Shown piece by piece: positions 7,609 through 16,496 of a stretch of DNA of 32,973 nucleotides. The stretch is from a virus. Lineage: Duplodnaviria; Caudoviricetes. Numbering within the stretch: position 1 is the first letter of the stretch; every line of letters starts with the position of its first letter. The DNA is taken from positions 1 through 32,973 of IMG/VR virus record IMGVR_UViG_3300035200_000200; one strand, given 5' to 3'. The position numbers and the translations under genes were made by a program. The notes under the pieces were generated by a model. It saw only the letters and a list, made by a program, of their open reading frames with translations. It made no database searches and had not been told where the DNA came from.

Positions 7609-7875
7609 ATGATTACCGACACCGACACCGACACCCGCACCCGTTACGCCCGGCTTCTCGTCCCCGTGACCGCCGTCGCCGAGGCGCTGGACGCCTACTG
7701 TGGCGGGTGCGCCGACGACGCCCTAGCCGACGCCGCCACCCTCACCACCGAGGACGACTACCGCGAGGCGGGCCTGGTCCGGTTCGCCGCCCTCGGCGAG
7801 GCCCTGGCCCTCCTCACCCTGGAGGGGTGCGACGAGTGCCGGACCCGCGCGCGCCTCGCCCTCGCCACCGGCTGA
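7609..7875 (+). CDS. cassette-driven small protein with two CxxC motifs
   Basis: MITDTDTDT...CGGC...CDEC. Confidence 0.75.
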   Translation: MITDTDTDTRTRYARLLVPVTAVAEALDAYCGGCADDALADAATLTTEDDYREAGLVRFAALGEALALLTLEGCDECRTRARLALATG

Positions 7876-7894
7876 CACCCACCCACCCCCGCGC

Positions 7895-7925
7895 CTAGGG
7901 TCGGCCTCGCCGAGGCCGGCCCTAG
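7895..7925 (+). terminator. hairpin after the 7875 stop
   Basis: CTAGGGTCGGCCTC-gcc-GAGGCCGGCCCTAG (one G:U pair). Confidence 0.55.
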
Positions 7926-7932
7926 ACGCATC

Positions 7933-7955
7933 CCGAGGCGCCTAGGAGGCCCCCC
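7933..7955 (+). promoter_or_regulatory. partial cassette (RBS element only), copy G
   Basis: Exact CCGAGGCGCCTAGGAGGC before GTG 7956. Confidence 0.8.
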
Positions 7956-8378
7956 GTGACAACGTCCGACCCAACACCTACCCCCGCCCCCGACGACGCC
8001 GCAGCGGCTACCCTCGACGCCTACGCCGACGCGCAGGCCGCGTGGGGCCGCGCCGTCGGCCGGTTGCCCGGCACGCCGGCCGACCAGGCCGCCGAGGCGT
8101 CGGCCCGTGAGGCGCTGCGCCGTGCGCGCCTCGCCGCGCTGGAGGCCCTCGGCGAACCCGAGGCCGTGCGCCGTGACGGGTCCGCACCGCACCGCACCGC
8201 CCCGCCGCCGTCGGCCGGCCGTGGCCTCGCCGAGCGGGTCGCGGTGCGCCTCCCCGCGCCGATTCTGGCGCGGCTTGACGCCGCCGCCGCCGCCCTCGGG
8301 GTGACCCGGCAGGAGGCGCTACGGCGTGCCGTCGAGGCGTGGCCTGCCGCGGGTGGCCCGCCGACGCCGGGCCGGTAA
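7956..8378 (+). CDS. ribbon-helix-helix (CopG-like) DNA-binding protein
   Basis: C-terminal RVAVRLPAPILARLDAAAAALGVTRQEALRRAVE RHH pattern. Confidence 0.75.
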   Translation: MTTSDPTPTPAPDDAAAATLDAYADAQAAWGRAVGRLPGTPADQAAEASAREALRRARLAALEALGEPEAVRRDGSAPHRTAPPPSAGRGLAERVAVRLPAPILARLDAAAAALGVTRQEALRRAVEAWPAAGGPPTPGR

Positions 8379-8454
8379 TCTGGGGTGCAGCGGGACAAGC
8401 CCCCCGCCGGCGGCCCGGACAACCCACCCACCCCCGGGCCGCCCCCGCACCTTT

Positions 8455-8558
8455 GTGGCCGAGGCCACACCTATACCGCCCCCCGACGCCGGGGCGAGGC
8501 GGTACGCTTGAGTCATCGGCCGGGGACACCGGCCACCGAGGCGCCTAGGAGGCCCCGC
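8455..8558 (+). promoter_or_regulatory. repeated expression cassette, copy H
   Basis: TGTGG-N6-CCACA, TACCGCC/GGCGGTA hairpin, TACGCT 8503-8508, RBS. Confidence 0.85.
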
Positions 8559-9188
8559 ATGAACACCACCACCTTCGTCCCCGACACCCTCGGCGAGGCT
8601 ATCGGCGTGTACGGCCCCGACGCCGTCGTGTCCTACGCGCACGCCGTCCGCATCCTCGCCGCCCGGGGGCACACCCCCGAGGCCGCCGCCGCCGCCCTGG
8701 ACCGCCTCGGCGCCGACGACGACGGGGCGCCGGTGCACACCGTCGCCGAGGCCGCCGAGGCCCTCGAGGCGTTCGACGGCTACTACCCGCACGGGGTGCC
8801 CGCCCCCGTGGCCCGGCACACCGTCCTGCGCGTCCTCACGACGGCCTGGTGGGTGGCGACCCACGTCTACCCGACGACCGCCGAGGCGCACCCCCTCGGT
8901 GTCAGTGACGAGGCGCCCTGGCTGGTCGCCAAGGTCGACCCGGACGGCGCGGCCCGCTTCTCCGTGGGTGACGCCTACGCCCGGGGCACGCGCCTGCGGT
9001 CCTCGGTGCTGGAGCGGGAGGTGCCGGCCGGCACGCCCCGCCTCGGCGACTATCGGGGCGCAGCGGTCGCCGCCGTCGCCGACCTGCTCGGCGCCGTGCG
9101 CGCGCACGAGGCCGACTGGGCGAGGGCCTGGGACGCTACCGCCGCCGCCGCCGCGCGTGCGCGTGACGACGACGGCGGCTACCGGTGA
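8559..9188 (+). CDS. cassette-driven hypothetical protein (MNTTTFVPD...)
   Basis: ATG after the cassette H RBS. Confidence 0.8.
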   Translation: MNTTTFVPDTLGEAIGVYGPDAVVSYAHAVRILAARGHTPEAAAAALDRLGADDDGAPVHTVAEAAEALEAFDGYYPHGVPAPVARHTVLRVLTTAWWVATHVYPTTAEAHPLGVSDEAPWLVAKVDPDGAARFSVGDAYARGTRLRSSVLEREVPAGTPRLGDYRGAAVAAVADLLGAVRAHEADWARAWDATAAAAARARDDDGGYR

Positions 9189-9607
9189 CCGGCCGTCGCG
9201 CCGTCCTATCGGGGGGTGTCGCCCGGGTGTGGGTGGCACCCCCCGGTGCCGTGGGTCCGGCCGCCGAGGGGCCGTGGCCGCCGTGGCCGGCGCCGTGGAG
9301 GCCCCTCGGCACCGGCCCCGCCTCGGTGACCCTTGACGGCCGCGCCGTCGTCGTCGAGGTCGACGTGCACGCCGACCCGCCCTGGCCTCCCGAGGCCGCC
9401 GCCGACGCCGCTGCGCTGCGCGACGAGGCCGCGACGACGGCCGGCCTCGTGCCCTGGACCGTCGGCCTCGACTGGGGGTCGGCCGGCCGTGCCGTCGTCG
9501 ACGGGGTCACCGTCGACGGGTGGGAGGCCGACCGGGACGTGTGGTCGGCGCGGTTCGCCGGTGTCGGGGTCGGTGTCGCCCTGGCCTGGTCGGGGGTCGG
9601 CCGGTGA
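9185..9607 (+). CDS. hypothetical protein
   Basis: GTGA-coupled to both neighbours. Confidence 0.6.
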   Translation: MTGRRAVLSGGVARVWVAPPGAVGPAAEGPWPPWPAPWRPLGTGPASVTLDGRAVVVEVDVHADPPWPPEAAADAAALRDEAATTAGLVPWTVGLDWGSAGRAVVDGVTVDGWEADRDVWSARFAGVGVGVALAWSGVGR

Positions 9608-9897
9608 CCCGCCGCGGCTTGCCGGCCGCCGCCGCCGCCCTGCGGGACCGTGCCGCCGCGCAGCGACACCACGCCGCCGAGGCGCGGTGGGCCGGCCGTG
9701 ACGCCGAGGCCGACGCCCTCGCACGGCACGCCGCCGCCCTCGACGCCTACGCCGCCGCGCTGCGCGCACCGGCCGAGGTGCGCCGCGCCGCTGCGCGAGG
9801 GCTTGACGTCGCCGCCCGTGACCTAGCCGCGGTGCGAGGCCCCACCCCCGCGCGCTACGTCGACCCGGTGCCACGCCCGACCGCCTCGCGGGTATAA
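9604..9897 (+). CDS. hypothetical Ala-rich helical protein
   Basis: GTGA-coupled start; the stop TAA lies inside the next -10 box. Confidence 0.55.
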   Translation: MTRRGLPAAAAALRDRAAAQRHHAAEARWAGRDAEADALARHAAALDAYAAALRAPAEVRRAAARGLDVAARDLAAVRGPTPARYVDPVPRPTASRV

Positions 9898-9898
9898 T
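9893..9898 (+). promoter_or_regulatory. -10 element for a leaderless erf transcript
   Basis: Perfect TATAAT 7 nt upstream of ATG 9906, no SD. Confidence 0.7.
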
Positions 9899-9905
9899 CG
9901 GCGGT

Positions 9906-10580
9906 ATGGACCCCACCCTCACCGCCGAGGCGCCGCCGGCGCCGCCCCCGCCCCCGCTTGCCGTGTTGCTGCCCCGGGTCGCCGGGGCGGTGCGCGCCGT
10001 CGGAAAAGACCAACGTAACGCGCAGCAGGGCTACCAGTTTCGCGGAATTGACGACCTCCTGAACGCTGCGCATGGCCCCCTCGCCGCGCACGGGGTGTCA
10101 ATCCTGCCGCGCGTGACCGCGCACACCCTCACCGAACGCCCCCGCACCGGCGGGGGTGTCCTCACCGTCGCCGTGGTCACCCTTGAGTGCACTTTTGTCG
10201 GCCCTGCCGGGGACACCCTCACCGTGGTCACGGTCGGCGAGGCGCACGACACCGCCGACAAGGCAACCAACAAAGCCATGTCGGCCGCCATGAAATATGC
10301 CTTGATTCTCACCTTTACGGTGCCGACGGCCGACCTCGACGACGCCGACCGGACCACCGTCGACCGGCCGGCCTGGCCGACCGCCGCCGAGTCCCTCGCC
10401 CGTATCGACGCCGCCGCCGCCCGGATCGGCCGCGACCGTGACGCCGTGACGAGGCTATGGCGCGCCCGTAACCCCGGCTTCTCCGGGGACTGGGAGGCGG
10501 TGCCGCCGGCCGACCTCGCCGTGTTGGCTACCGCCGTCGACCGTGCCGCGCGCGCTACCGCTGCGGGGGGTGCAGCGTGA
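9906..10580 (+). CDS. erf: ERF-family single-strand annealing protein
   Basis: N..QGY.FRGIDD...GEAHDTADKATNKAMSAAMKYAL...F.VPT ERF signature. Confidence 0.9.
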   Translation: MDPTLTAEAPPAPPPPPLAVLLPRVAGAVRAVGKDQRNAQQGYQFRGIDDLLNAAHGPLAAHGVSILPRVTAHTLTERPRTGGGVLTVAVVTLECTFVGPAGDTLTVVTVGEAHDTADKATNKAMSAAMKYALILTFTVPTADLDDADRTTVDRPAWPTAAESLARIDAAAARIGRDRDAVTRLWRARNPGFSGDWEAVPPADLAVLATAVDRAARATAAGGAA

Positions 10581-11623
10581 CCGCCGCCCCCGACCTCGGC
10601 ACCGACCTGGACGGCGGGCCGGCGACCGTGGCCGGTGGGATGCCCTACGGGGTGGCCGCCGCCGCGGTCGCCGAGACTCTCGCCGCTGCGCAGGCCGACC
10701 GCCCCGCCGCCCTATCGCCGTCGCGCCTCGGGGCGTGCCGCCGACAATCGGCCTACCTGCTGCACCGCGTCCCGAAATCGGACGACGTCGACCGGGACGC
10801 CGCCGACGTGGGCACCGTGTTTCACGCGGGGTGGGCAAGCCTCACCGGCCGTAGGGTCGGGCTGGTCACCGAGGAGACCGTGCCCCTACCGGGGGAGGCG
10901 GGGCGCCTCGGCATCGTCGGCACCCCCGACTGGGTGGCCTATACCCCGGACCGGGCGGCCGCCGTCGTCGGTGACCTGAAAACCCTGAAGGTGTCCCGGT
11001 TCGGCCGGTGGGTCGCCGAGGGGCCGCCGGCCGACGTGTGGGCACAGGTCGACACTTACGCCGCCGCCCTCGCCGACCTGCACCCGGACGTCCTCGCCTG
11101 GGGGGTCGAGGTGGTCGGGGTGTGCCGGGAGACCGGGGCCGCGCGCGCCTGGCACCGGCCGGCCGACCTCGCCGCCGGCCTGGCGAACGCCGACCGCCTC
11201 GCCGCGCTGCAGGTCGACCTCCTCGCCGCCCCGCCGGACGACGCCCCCCGCGACGGCACCGGCACGGGGTTTCCGTGCGGGTGGTGCGCGTGGTTGTCGC
11301 GGTGCTGGCCGGACCCGGACGACACCGCCCCTCCGGGGGACGACGAGGCCGCCCTGGCCGCCGCTAGGGCCTACCAGGCCGCCTCGGTCGCCGAGGCTAC
11401 GGCGAGGGCCGAGAAGGCGCGTGCGCGTGCCGTTATCGGGGTGGGGCGGGACGTGACCGGCCCCGATATCGTGGCGCGGTGGTCGACGTCGACGCGCCGT
11501 ATCGTCGACGAGGCCGCCGTGGCCGACGCCCTCGGCGAGGTGCCTCGGCGGGTGTCGGTGGTGCAGCGGCTAGACGTGACCCCGCGCGGCGGGGTGACCC
11601 TGTTGGGGGGCGGTTCGGCGTGA
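10577..11623 (+). CDS. Cas4/RecB-like PD-(D/E)XK exonuclease
   Basis: SPSRLGACRR, GTVFH, GTPD, DLKT, Q...Y and CGWC....RC motifs; coupled to erf. Confidence 0.85.
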   Translation: MTAAPDLGTDLDGGPATVAGGMPYGVAAAAVAETLAAAQADRPAALSPSRLGACRRQSAYLLHRVPKSDDVDRDAADVGTVFHAGWASLTGRRVGLVTEETVPLPGEAGRLGIVGTPDWVAYTPDRAAAVVGDLKTLKVSRFGRWVAEGPPADVWAQVDTYAAALADLHPDVLAWGVEVVGVCRETGAARAWHRPADLAAGLANADRLAALQVDLLAAPPDDAPRDGTGTGFPCGWCAWLSRCWPDPDDTAPPGDDEAALAAARAYQAASVAEATARAEKARARAVIGVGRDVTGPDIVARWSTSTRRIVDEAAVADALGEVPRRVSVVQRLDVTPRGGVTLLGGGSA

Positions 11624-13179
11624 CCTTGACTAACCTACAAAAGGCCCCGTTTCCGTGGTTCGGGGGTAAGCGTCGTGCCGCGCCGGCGGTGTGGGATGCC
11701 CTCGGCGACCCGTACCACTACGTCGAGCCTTTCGCCGGTAGCCTCGCGGTATTGTTGGAACGACCGCACAAGGCTAACCGAGCCTATTATTCGGAAACCG
11801 TCAACGATATTGACGGGTTGTTGGTCAACTTTTGGCGGGCCGTCCAGTGGTATCCGCAGGAAACGGCCGAGGCGGCGTCGTGGCCGGTTGCCGAATTCGA
11901 CAAGCACGCACGCTCGGTTGCCTTGACGGCGTGGCGCGAGTCGGAATCGGCCGCGCGCCTCGCCGGCGACGCAACCTGGTGTGATCCGATCATGGCCGGG
12001 TGGTGGGTGTGGTGCGTGTCGGTGCAGATCGGCGCGTGGGGGCAGGGTGGGCCGTGGTGGCCCGACGAGACCGGCCGGCTACGCCGCCGCCCCCGGTCGG
12101 CCGGGGTCGACGGCAAGCGGCCACACCTAGGGAACGACGGGCTGGGCGTGAACCGGCCGCAGGCCCGCGCGGGGGGCCTCGGGGTGCGCGCCGCCCTGCC
12201 ACACCTAACCGATAACGGACAAGGCGCGGCGCACGGGTCGCTACGCGCCGAGGGCCTCGGGGTGCCCGCCGACCTGGTGCACCTAAGCAGCGACGGGCAG
12301 GCCGTCAACCGGCCGCAGGCCCGTGCCGAGGGCCTCGGGGTGCCCGCCGCCCTGCCACACCTAGGGAACGACGGCCGGGCCGTGGCGTCGGCCGCGCTGC
12401 GCGCCGAGGGCCTCGGGGTGTGGGCCGACCGGCCGCACCTAGGGAACGACGGCCGGGCCGTGGCGTCGGCCGCGCTGCGCGCCGAGGGCCTCGGGGTGCC
12501 CGCCGACCTGGTGCATATAGCGAACGACGGCCGCGGGGTGGTGCGCGCCGCGACTCGCGGCGAGGGCCTCGGGGTGCCCGCCGACCGGCCACACCTAGGG
12601 AACGACGGGCAGGCCGTGACGTCGGCCGCGGTGCGCGCCGAGGGCCTCGGGGTGCCCGCCGCCGCCCCTCCCGGTGACCCCGACGGGTTCGTGTATCACC
12701 CCCTCACGATGCCGGAATTACGCCGGTGGTTCGGGTTTCTCTCGGCACGCCTGCGACACGTCCGCATCGTGAACGGGGACTGGTCTCGCGTCCTCACGAC
12801 CGGCGCCGCCTGGACCCTATCGGTGCGGCAAAAGCCCGGCGCCTACGCCGGCGTATTCCTGGACCCGCCCTACGGTGACGTCGGCCGCGCGTCGCTCTAC
12901 GGCCGGCACGAGTCGCTCACCGTCGCCGAGGAGGTTAGGGCGTGGGCACTCGCGCACGGCGACGACCGGCGGTGGCGCATCGTCTACGCCGGGTTCGACG
13001 ACGAGGGCGCCGACCTCGTCGCGGCCGGCTGGACCCCCGTCGAGTGGTTCACCGAGGGCTACCTGACGGGGGGCCTCGGCAACCAAAACACCGACGGCCA
13101 CCAACAACACCGGGAGCGGTTGTGGTTGTCGCCGCATTGTCCGGCACCCGGCCGTGACGAGCCGGAGGCCCTATTCTAG
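11620..13179 (+). CDS. D12-class (Dam-like) N6-adenine DNA methyltransferase with an internal tandem-repeat insertion
   Basis: PFPWFGGK, YVEPFAGSLAV, ETVND, FLDPPY motifs in alpha-group order. Confidence 0.9.
   Translation: MTLTNLQKAPFPWFGGKRRAAPAVWDALGDPYHYVEPFAGSLAVLLERPHKANRAYYSETVNDIDGLLVNFWRAVQWYPQETAEAASWPVAEFDKHARSVALTAWRESESAARLAGDATWCDPIMAGWWVWCVSVQIGAWGQGGPWWPDETGRLRRRPRSAGVDGKRPHLGNDGLGVNRPQARAGGLGVRAALPHLTDNGQGAAHGSLRAEGLGVPADLVHLSSDGQAVNRPQARAEGLGVPAALPHLGNDGRAVASAALRAEGLGVWADRPHLGNDGRAVASAALRAEGLGVPADLVHIANDGRGVVRAATRGEGLGVPADRPHLGNDGQAVTSAAVRAEGLGVPAAAPPGDPDGFVYHPLTMPELRRWFGFLSARLRHVRIVNGDWSRVLTTGAAWTLSVRQKPGAYAGVFLDPPYGDVGRASLYGRHESLTVAEEVRAWALAHGDDRRWRIVYAGFDDEGADLVAAGWTPVEWFTEGYLTGGLGNQNTDGHQQHRERLWLSPHCPAPGRDEPEALF
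12103..12648 (+). repeat. 7 x 78-bp (26-aa) in-frame tandem repeat
   Basis: GV codons recur at 12103, 12181, 12259, 12337, 12415, 12493, 12571 and 12649; consensus GVPADxPHLGNDGxAVxxAxxRAEGL. Confidence 0.95.
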
Positions 13180-13206
13180 GGGTGTGGCCGTGGTAGGGTG
13201 CAGGCT

Positions 13207-14469
13207 ATGGGCACCCACCCCGCCGACGTCCTCGCCGCCGCGGTCGCCTCGCCGAGGGTGGCGAGGCGGTGGCGCTATTACACCGGGGACCACCCGACGG
13301 TGTGGGCTACCCCGAAATTGCGTGAGGTATTCCGAACCCTCGCCGATTCTATGTCGACAAATTATTGTGCGGTCGCCGTCGACTCGCGGGTTAACCGGTT
13401 GCGGGTAACGGGGTGGGCGGGGCCGGACGCCGACGAGGCCGACGCGGTGTGGGCCGCGTCGCGGCTACCGCAGCGACACGACCGCCTCGTTCGGTGGGCA
13501 CTCGCGCACGGGACCGCCGTCGTCCTCGCCGACACCGTGTCCCGGACGCTGCACCCGCAACCGGCGACCCTCGCCGCCGTCGTCCCCGACCCCGACGACC
13601 CGGGCACGGCCGCCTACGCCGGCAAGGTGTGGCGGGTGCCGACCGGGGACGGCCGGACGACGCGCCGCGCCGCCGTCTACTGGCCCGACCGCACCGAGAC
13701 ATACACCGAGGCGCCGGGGGTCGGGTGGCGCCTGGACGACGTCGTGCCCCAGCCCGCCGGCCGCGTGCCCGCCGTCCTCGTCGAGCCATACGCCGACGGG
13801 CCGCCGGTGCTTGACGTTATCGCCTCGCCCCAGGACCGCATTAATAAATTGTCCAGCAACAAAATGGTTGCCGCCGAATTCGGCGCGTTCCGTCAACGGG
13901 TATTCTTCACGCGGCAATACGTGGACCCTTTCGACGTGCGGCAGGCCCCCGACCACGCAATTATCCTGGACCCCGGCGACACCGACGCCGCCGCGCGGGT
14001 CCAGGAAATGTCGGCAACCGACCTCGCCAATTACGACGCCGCCATTACCGCCGAGGTCGACGCATTGTTTACCCTCGCCGCCCTGCCGCGGCATATGAGG
14101 GTGAACCCCGGATCATCACCGAGCGGGGACGCCATTAAGGCCGACGAGTCGGCATTTCTTGAGGCGGTGCGCGCGCACCAGCGGGAGGTCGGCGAGGCCC
14201 TCGCCGACGCTATGGCCCTACTCGGGGTCGACGCCGAACCGGTGTGGGCCGACCCCGAACCGGACCAGGACGAGGCTAACGCGAGGACCGTCGCCGTCCT
14301 CGTCGGCGCGGGTATCCCGTGGCAGGCCGCCGCGACCCGGCAGGGCTGGACCGCCGAGGAGGTCGCCGCCGCCGAGGCACTCACCGCCGGCGGGGCCGCG
14401 GGTAACGCCGTCGGGCAGGCCCTACTCGCCGGCTTCGACGCGCCGACCTCGCCGCCCCGGCAGGGGTAG
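13207..14469 (+). CDS. portal protein (SPP1 gp6-like)
   Basis: RYYTGDH...NYCAVAVD..V.RL.V.G, QDRINK, SGDAIKA motifs; first gene of the head module; TAGGGT 7 nt upstream. Confidence 0.85.
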   Translation: MGTHPADVLAAAVASPRVARRWRYYTGDHPTVWATPKLREVFRTLADSMSTNYCAVAVDSRVNRLRVTGWAGPDADEADAVWAASRLPQRHDRLVRWALAHGTAVVLADTVSRTLHPQPATLAAVVPDPDDPGTAAYAGKVWRVPTGDGRTTRRAAVYWPDRTETYTEAPGVGWRLDDVVPQPAGRVPAVLVEPYADGPPVLDVIASPQDRINKLSSNKMVAAEFGAFRQRVFFTRQYVDPFDVRQAPDHAIILDPGDTDAAARVQEMSATDLANYDAAITAEVDALFTLAALPRHMRVNPGSSPSGDAIKADESAFLEAVRAHQREVGEALADAMALLGVDAEPVWADPEPDQDEANARTVAVLVGAGIPWQAAATRQGWTAEEVAAAEALTAGGAAGNAVGQALLAGFDAPTSPPRQG

Positions 14470-14475
14470 TCCGCG

Positions 14476-16494
14476 GTGCCGCCTCGCCGCCTCTACGAAC
14501 CGTCGCCGGCTATCCCGCCCGGCCTGGACCGCGCCGACTGGCTGGCCATGCTGGACGCCCTCGGCCGGGAGGTTGCCCGGATCGCGACGATGGGCGCCGA
14601 CCCTAACGCCCGGTTCCCCGGGGTGGGCCGCACGAGTCGACTCGCGCACGCCGCCGCCGGCCTCGACGCCCTATGGGGCCTGGACGACGCCACGGCCGCC
14701 GCCGTCGACCTCGCCGGACAACGTATCGTCGACGCCCTATCCGACGCTTTCGGCGAGGTGCTCGGGGCGCAGGACGACCACGCCGCCCTATCCGTCGACG
14801 ACCTCGCCGCCTATATGCGGGGCGCCGGTATGCCTATCGTGGCTGATCCGGGGGTTGCCGCCGCCGCCGCCGCGCGCACCAAAGCCGCCATGCTGCACGA
14901 CTGGGAGGCGCTGGAGGAACGTACCCGCGCCGCGGTGCGTGACGGGGTGCGCGGTGCAGCGTTGTCGGGGGGCGGGGTGGCCTCGGTGGTCGCCGCTATC
15001 ACCGAGGCCGGCGCTATGTCGTGGGCGCGTGCCGTCCTGATCGCACGTACCGAAATGGCCGACCTCTACGACTCGGCCCGATTCGCGACAATGCGCGCAC
15101 CGGAGAATGCCGCCGTGTTTTCCGGGGGGTGGTGGTGGCGTGCACGGCCCGACGCCTGCGCAATATGTCAGGCCCTGCACGGCGAGGTTTTCGACGTCGG
15201 CACCGACCCGCACCGGCACCACCAGTGCCGGTGCATCATCGTCCCGTACACCGCCGCCGCACCGCCGCCGCCGCACCGGTCGGCCGACGATATCGCCGCA
15301 CAATTGCCGGCGTCGTGGCCTCGGCTGGACACCCGCGAGGATTACCGCCGCCTCGTCGGCCTGCGCGAGAATCGGCGGTGGCGCCCCTCGCACACTATGC
15401 GCCACCCGGACCGGGTGGCGGGGCACCCGACGTGGGCCGCGGGGCCTAAGCCTCGGCCGCCCGCGCCTATGGGCAAGCAGGGTAAGCCGGCACGCACGCC
15501 TCGGCCTACCCTCGCCGTCGACCGGGACGGCTGGACGGCCTACGCGCGCGAGGTGAACGGGCCGCCTATGTCGGCCGCTGCACGCGCCGAGGCCGCCGCC
15601 GCCAAAAGGGCCGAGGCCGACGCGCTGCGCCGCCGCGTCGACACGCTAACCCGCGACAACGAACGCATAGCCGCCGACCTCGCCCGTAACGAGGCACGGC
15701 CCGGCCGCGACTACGAAGCCAACCGCACGCGGCTGGGCTTTGAGAAATGGCAGAATGACAACGAATTAGCCGGCCTCAAAGTCCGGGCCACACAACTCGA
15801 GAATGCCGCAAAACTAATAGACGACCACGGCTATGATCCGGTTGTTGTCAGTGCGGCTAAAGAATGGGCGGATAGGCACGCCGTCGTGTCGGGTGACGGG
15901 TGGACCGTTAAGATCAATCGGGCCGACGCCGGAATCGTCGACGACGCCGACGCGCTGCGACACGCCGCCTGGCACGCCGAACGCATATGCGCCGCGCTGG
16001 ACCGCCTACCCCCGCACCTGCGGGACCGGGTCAACACGGGGGCGCTATCGCTGGACGTCAACGGTGGCGCCATCGGCCTCGGCGGCAACGTCCAGGCGTG
16101 GGCATTCTTCGGCACCGAGGACGCGCCGCGCCTCGGCGCTAACCCGCGGTTCCTGCACCCCGACAAGCCGGAACCGACCTACGGTGACCTCACGCACGAG
16201 GGGCACGCGCGCCATTGGCACAGTGACGGCCGCGCCGTTATCGGGGGCGCAGAGTCGGTGTGGGTGCACGAATTCGGGCACGTCCTGGACACCGGGTCGC
16301 ACGCCGAGGCCGAGGCCAGGCTGGACCGGGTCGGCGGTTCGGCCGCGGTAGAGTATGCCGTGTCCCGATACGGGGCGAAGGATGGCCGCGAAATGGTGGC
16401 GGAATTGTTCGCCGACTTTATCGCCGGGACGGTGCGGCACGACGCTAACGGATACCTGCAGCGGATTATCGACGACATGGGATGGGAGCGGTAA
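14476..16494 (+). CDS. MuF-like minor head protein with C-terminal HExxH zinc-metallopeptidase domain
   Basis: RAVLIARTE...CAIC...H.H.QCRC MuF core; VHEFGHVLD...VSRYG.....EMVAELF zincin motif. Confidence 0.85.
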   Translation: MPPRRLYEPSPAIPPGLDRADWLAMLDALGREVARIATMGADPNARFPGVGRTSRLAHAAAGLDALWGLDDATAAAVDLAGQRIVDALSDAFGEVLGAQDDHAALSVDDLAAYMRGAGMPIVADPGVAAAAAARTKAAMLHDWEALEERTRAAVRDGVRGAALSGGGVASVVAAITEAGAMSWARAVLIARTEMADLYDSARFATMRAPENAAVFSGGWWWRARPDACAICQALHGEVFDVGTDPHRHHQCRCIIVPYTAAAPPPPHRSADDIAAQLPASWPRLDTREDYRRLVGLRENRRWRPSHTMRHPDRVAGHPTWAAGPKPRPPAPMGKQGKPARTPRPTLAVDRDGWTAYAREVNGPPMSAAARAEAAAAKRAEADALRRRVDTLTRDNERIAADLARNEARPGRDYEANRTRLGFEKWQNDNELAGLKVRATQLENAAKLIDDHGYDPVVVSAAKEWADRHAVVSGDGWTVKINRADAGIVDDADALRHAAWHAERICAALDRLPPHLRDRVNTGALSLDVNGGAIGLGGNVQAWAFFGTEDAPRLGANPRFLHPDKPEPTYGDLTHEGHARHWHSDGRAVIGGAESVWVHEFGHVLDTGSHAEAEARLDRVGGSAAVEYAVSRYGAKDGREMVAELFADFIAGTVRHDANGYLQRIIDDMGWER

Positions 16495-16496
16495 GA

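Noticed and set aside
2546-8558. CRISPR array or integron attC interpretation of the repeats
   Set aside because: Spacing is irregular and gene-sized, both orientations occur, the repeats contain -10 and SD elements, and no cas operon or integrase is in the window
10577-11623. Cas4-like gene as evidence of a CRISPR-Cas system
   Set aside because: It is coupled to erf as a standard phage exonuclease-annealase pair; no other cas genes are present
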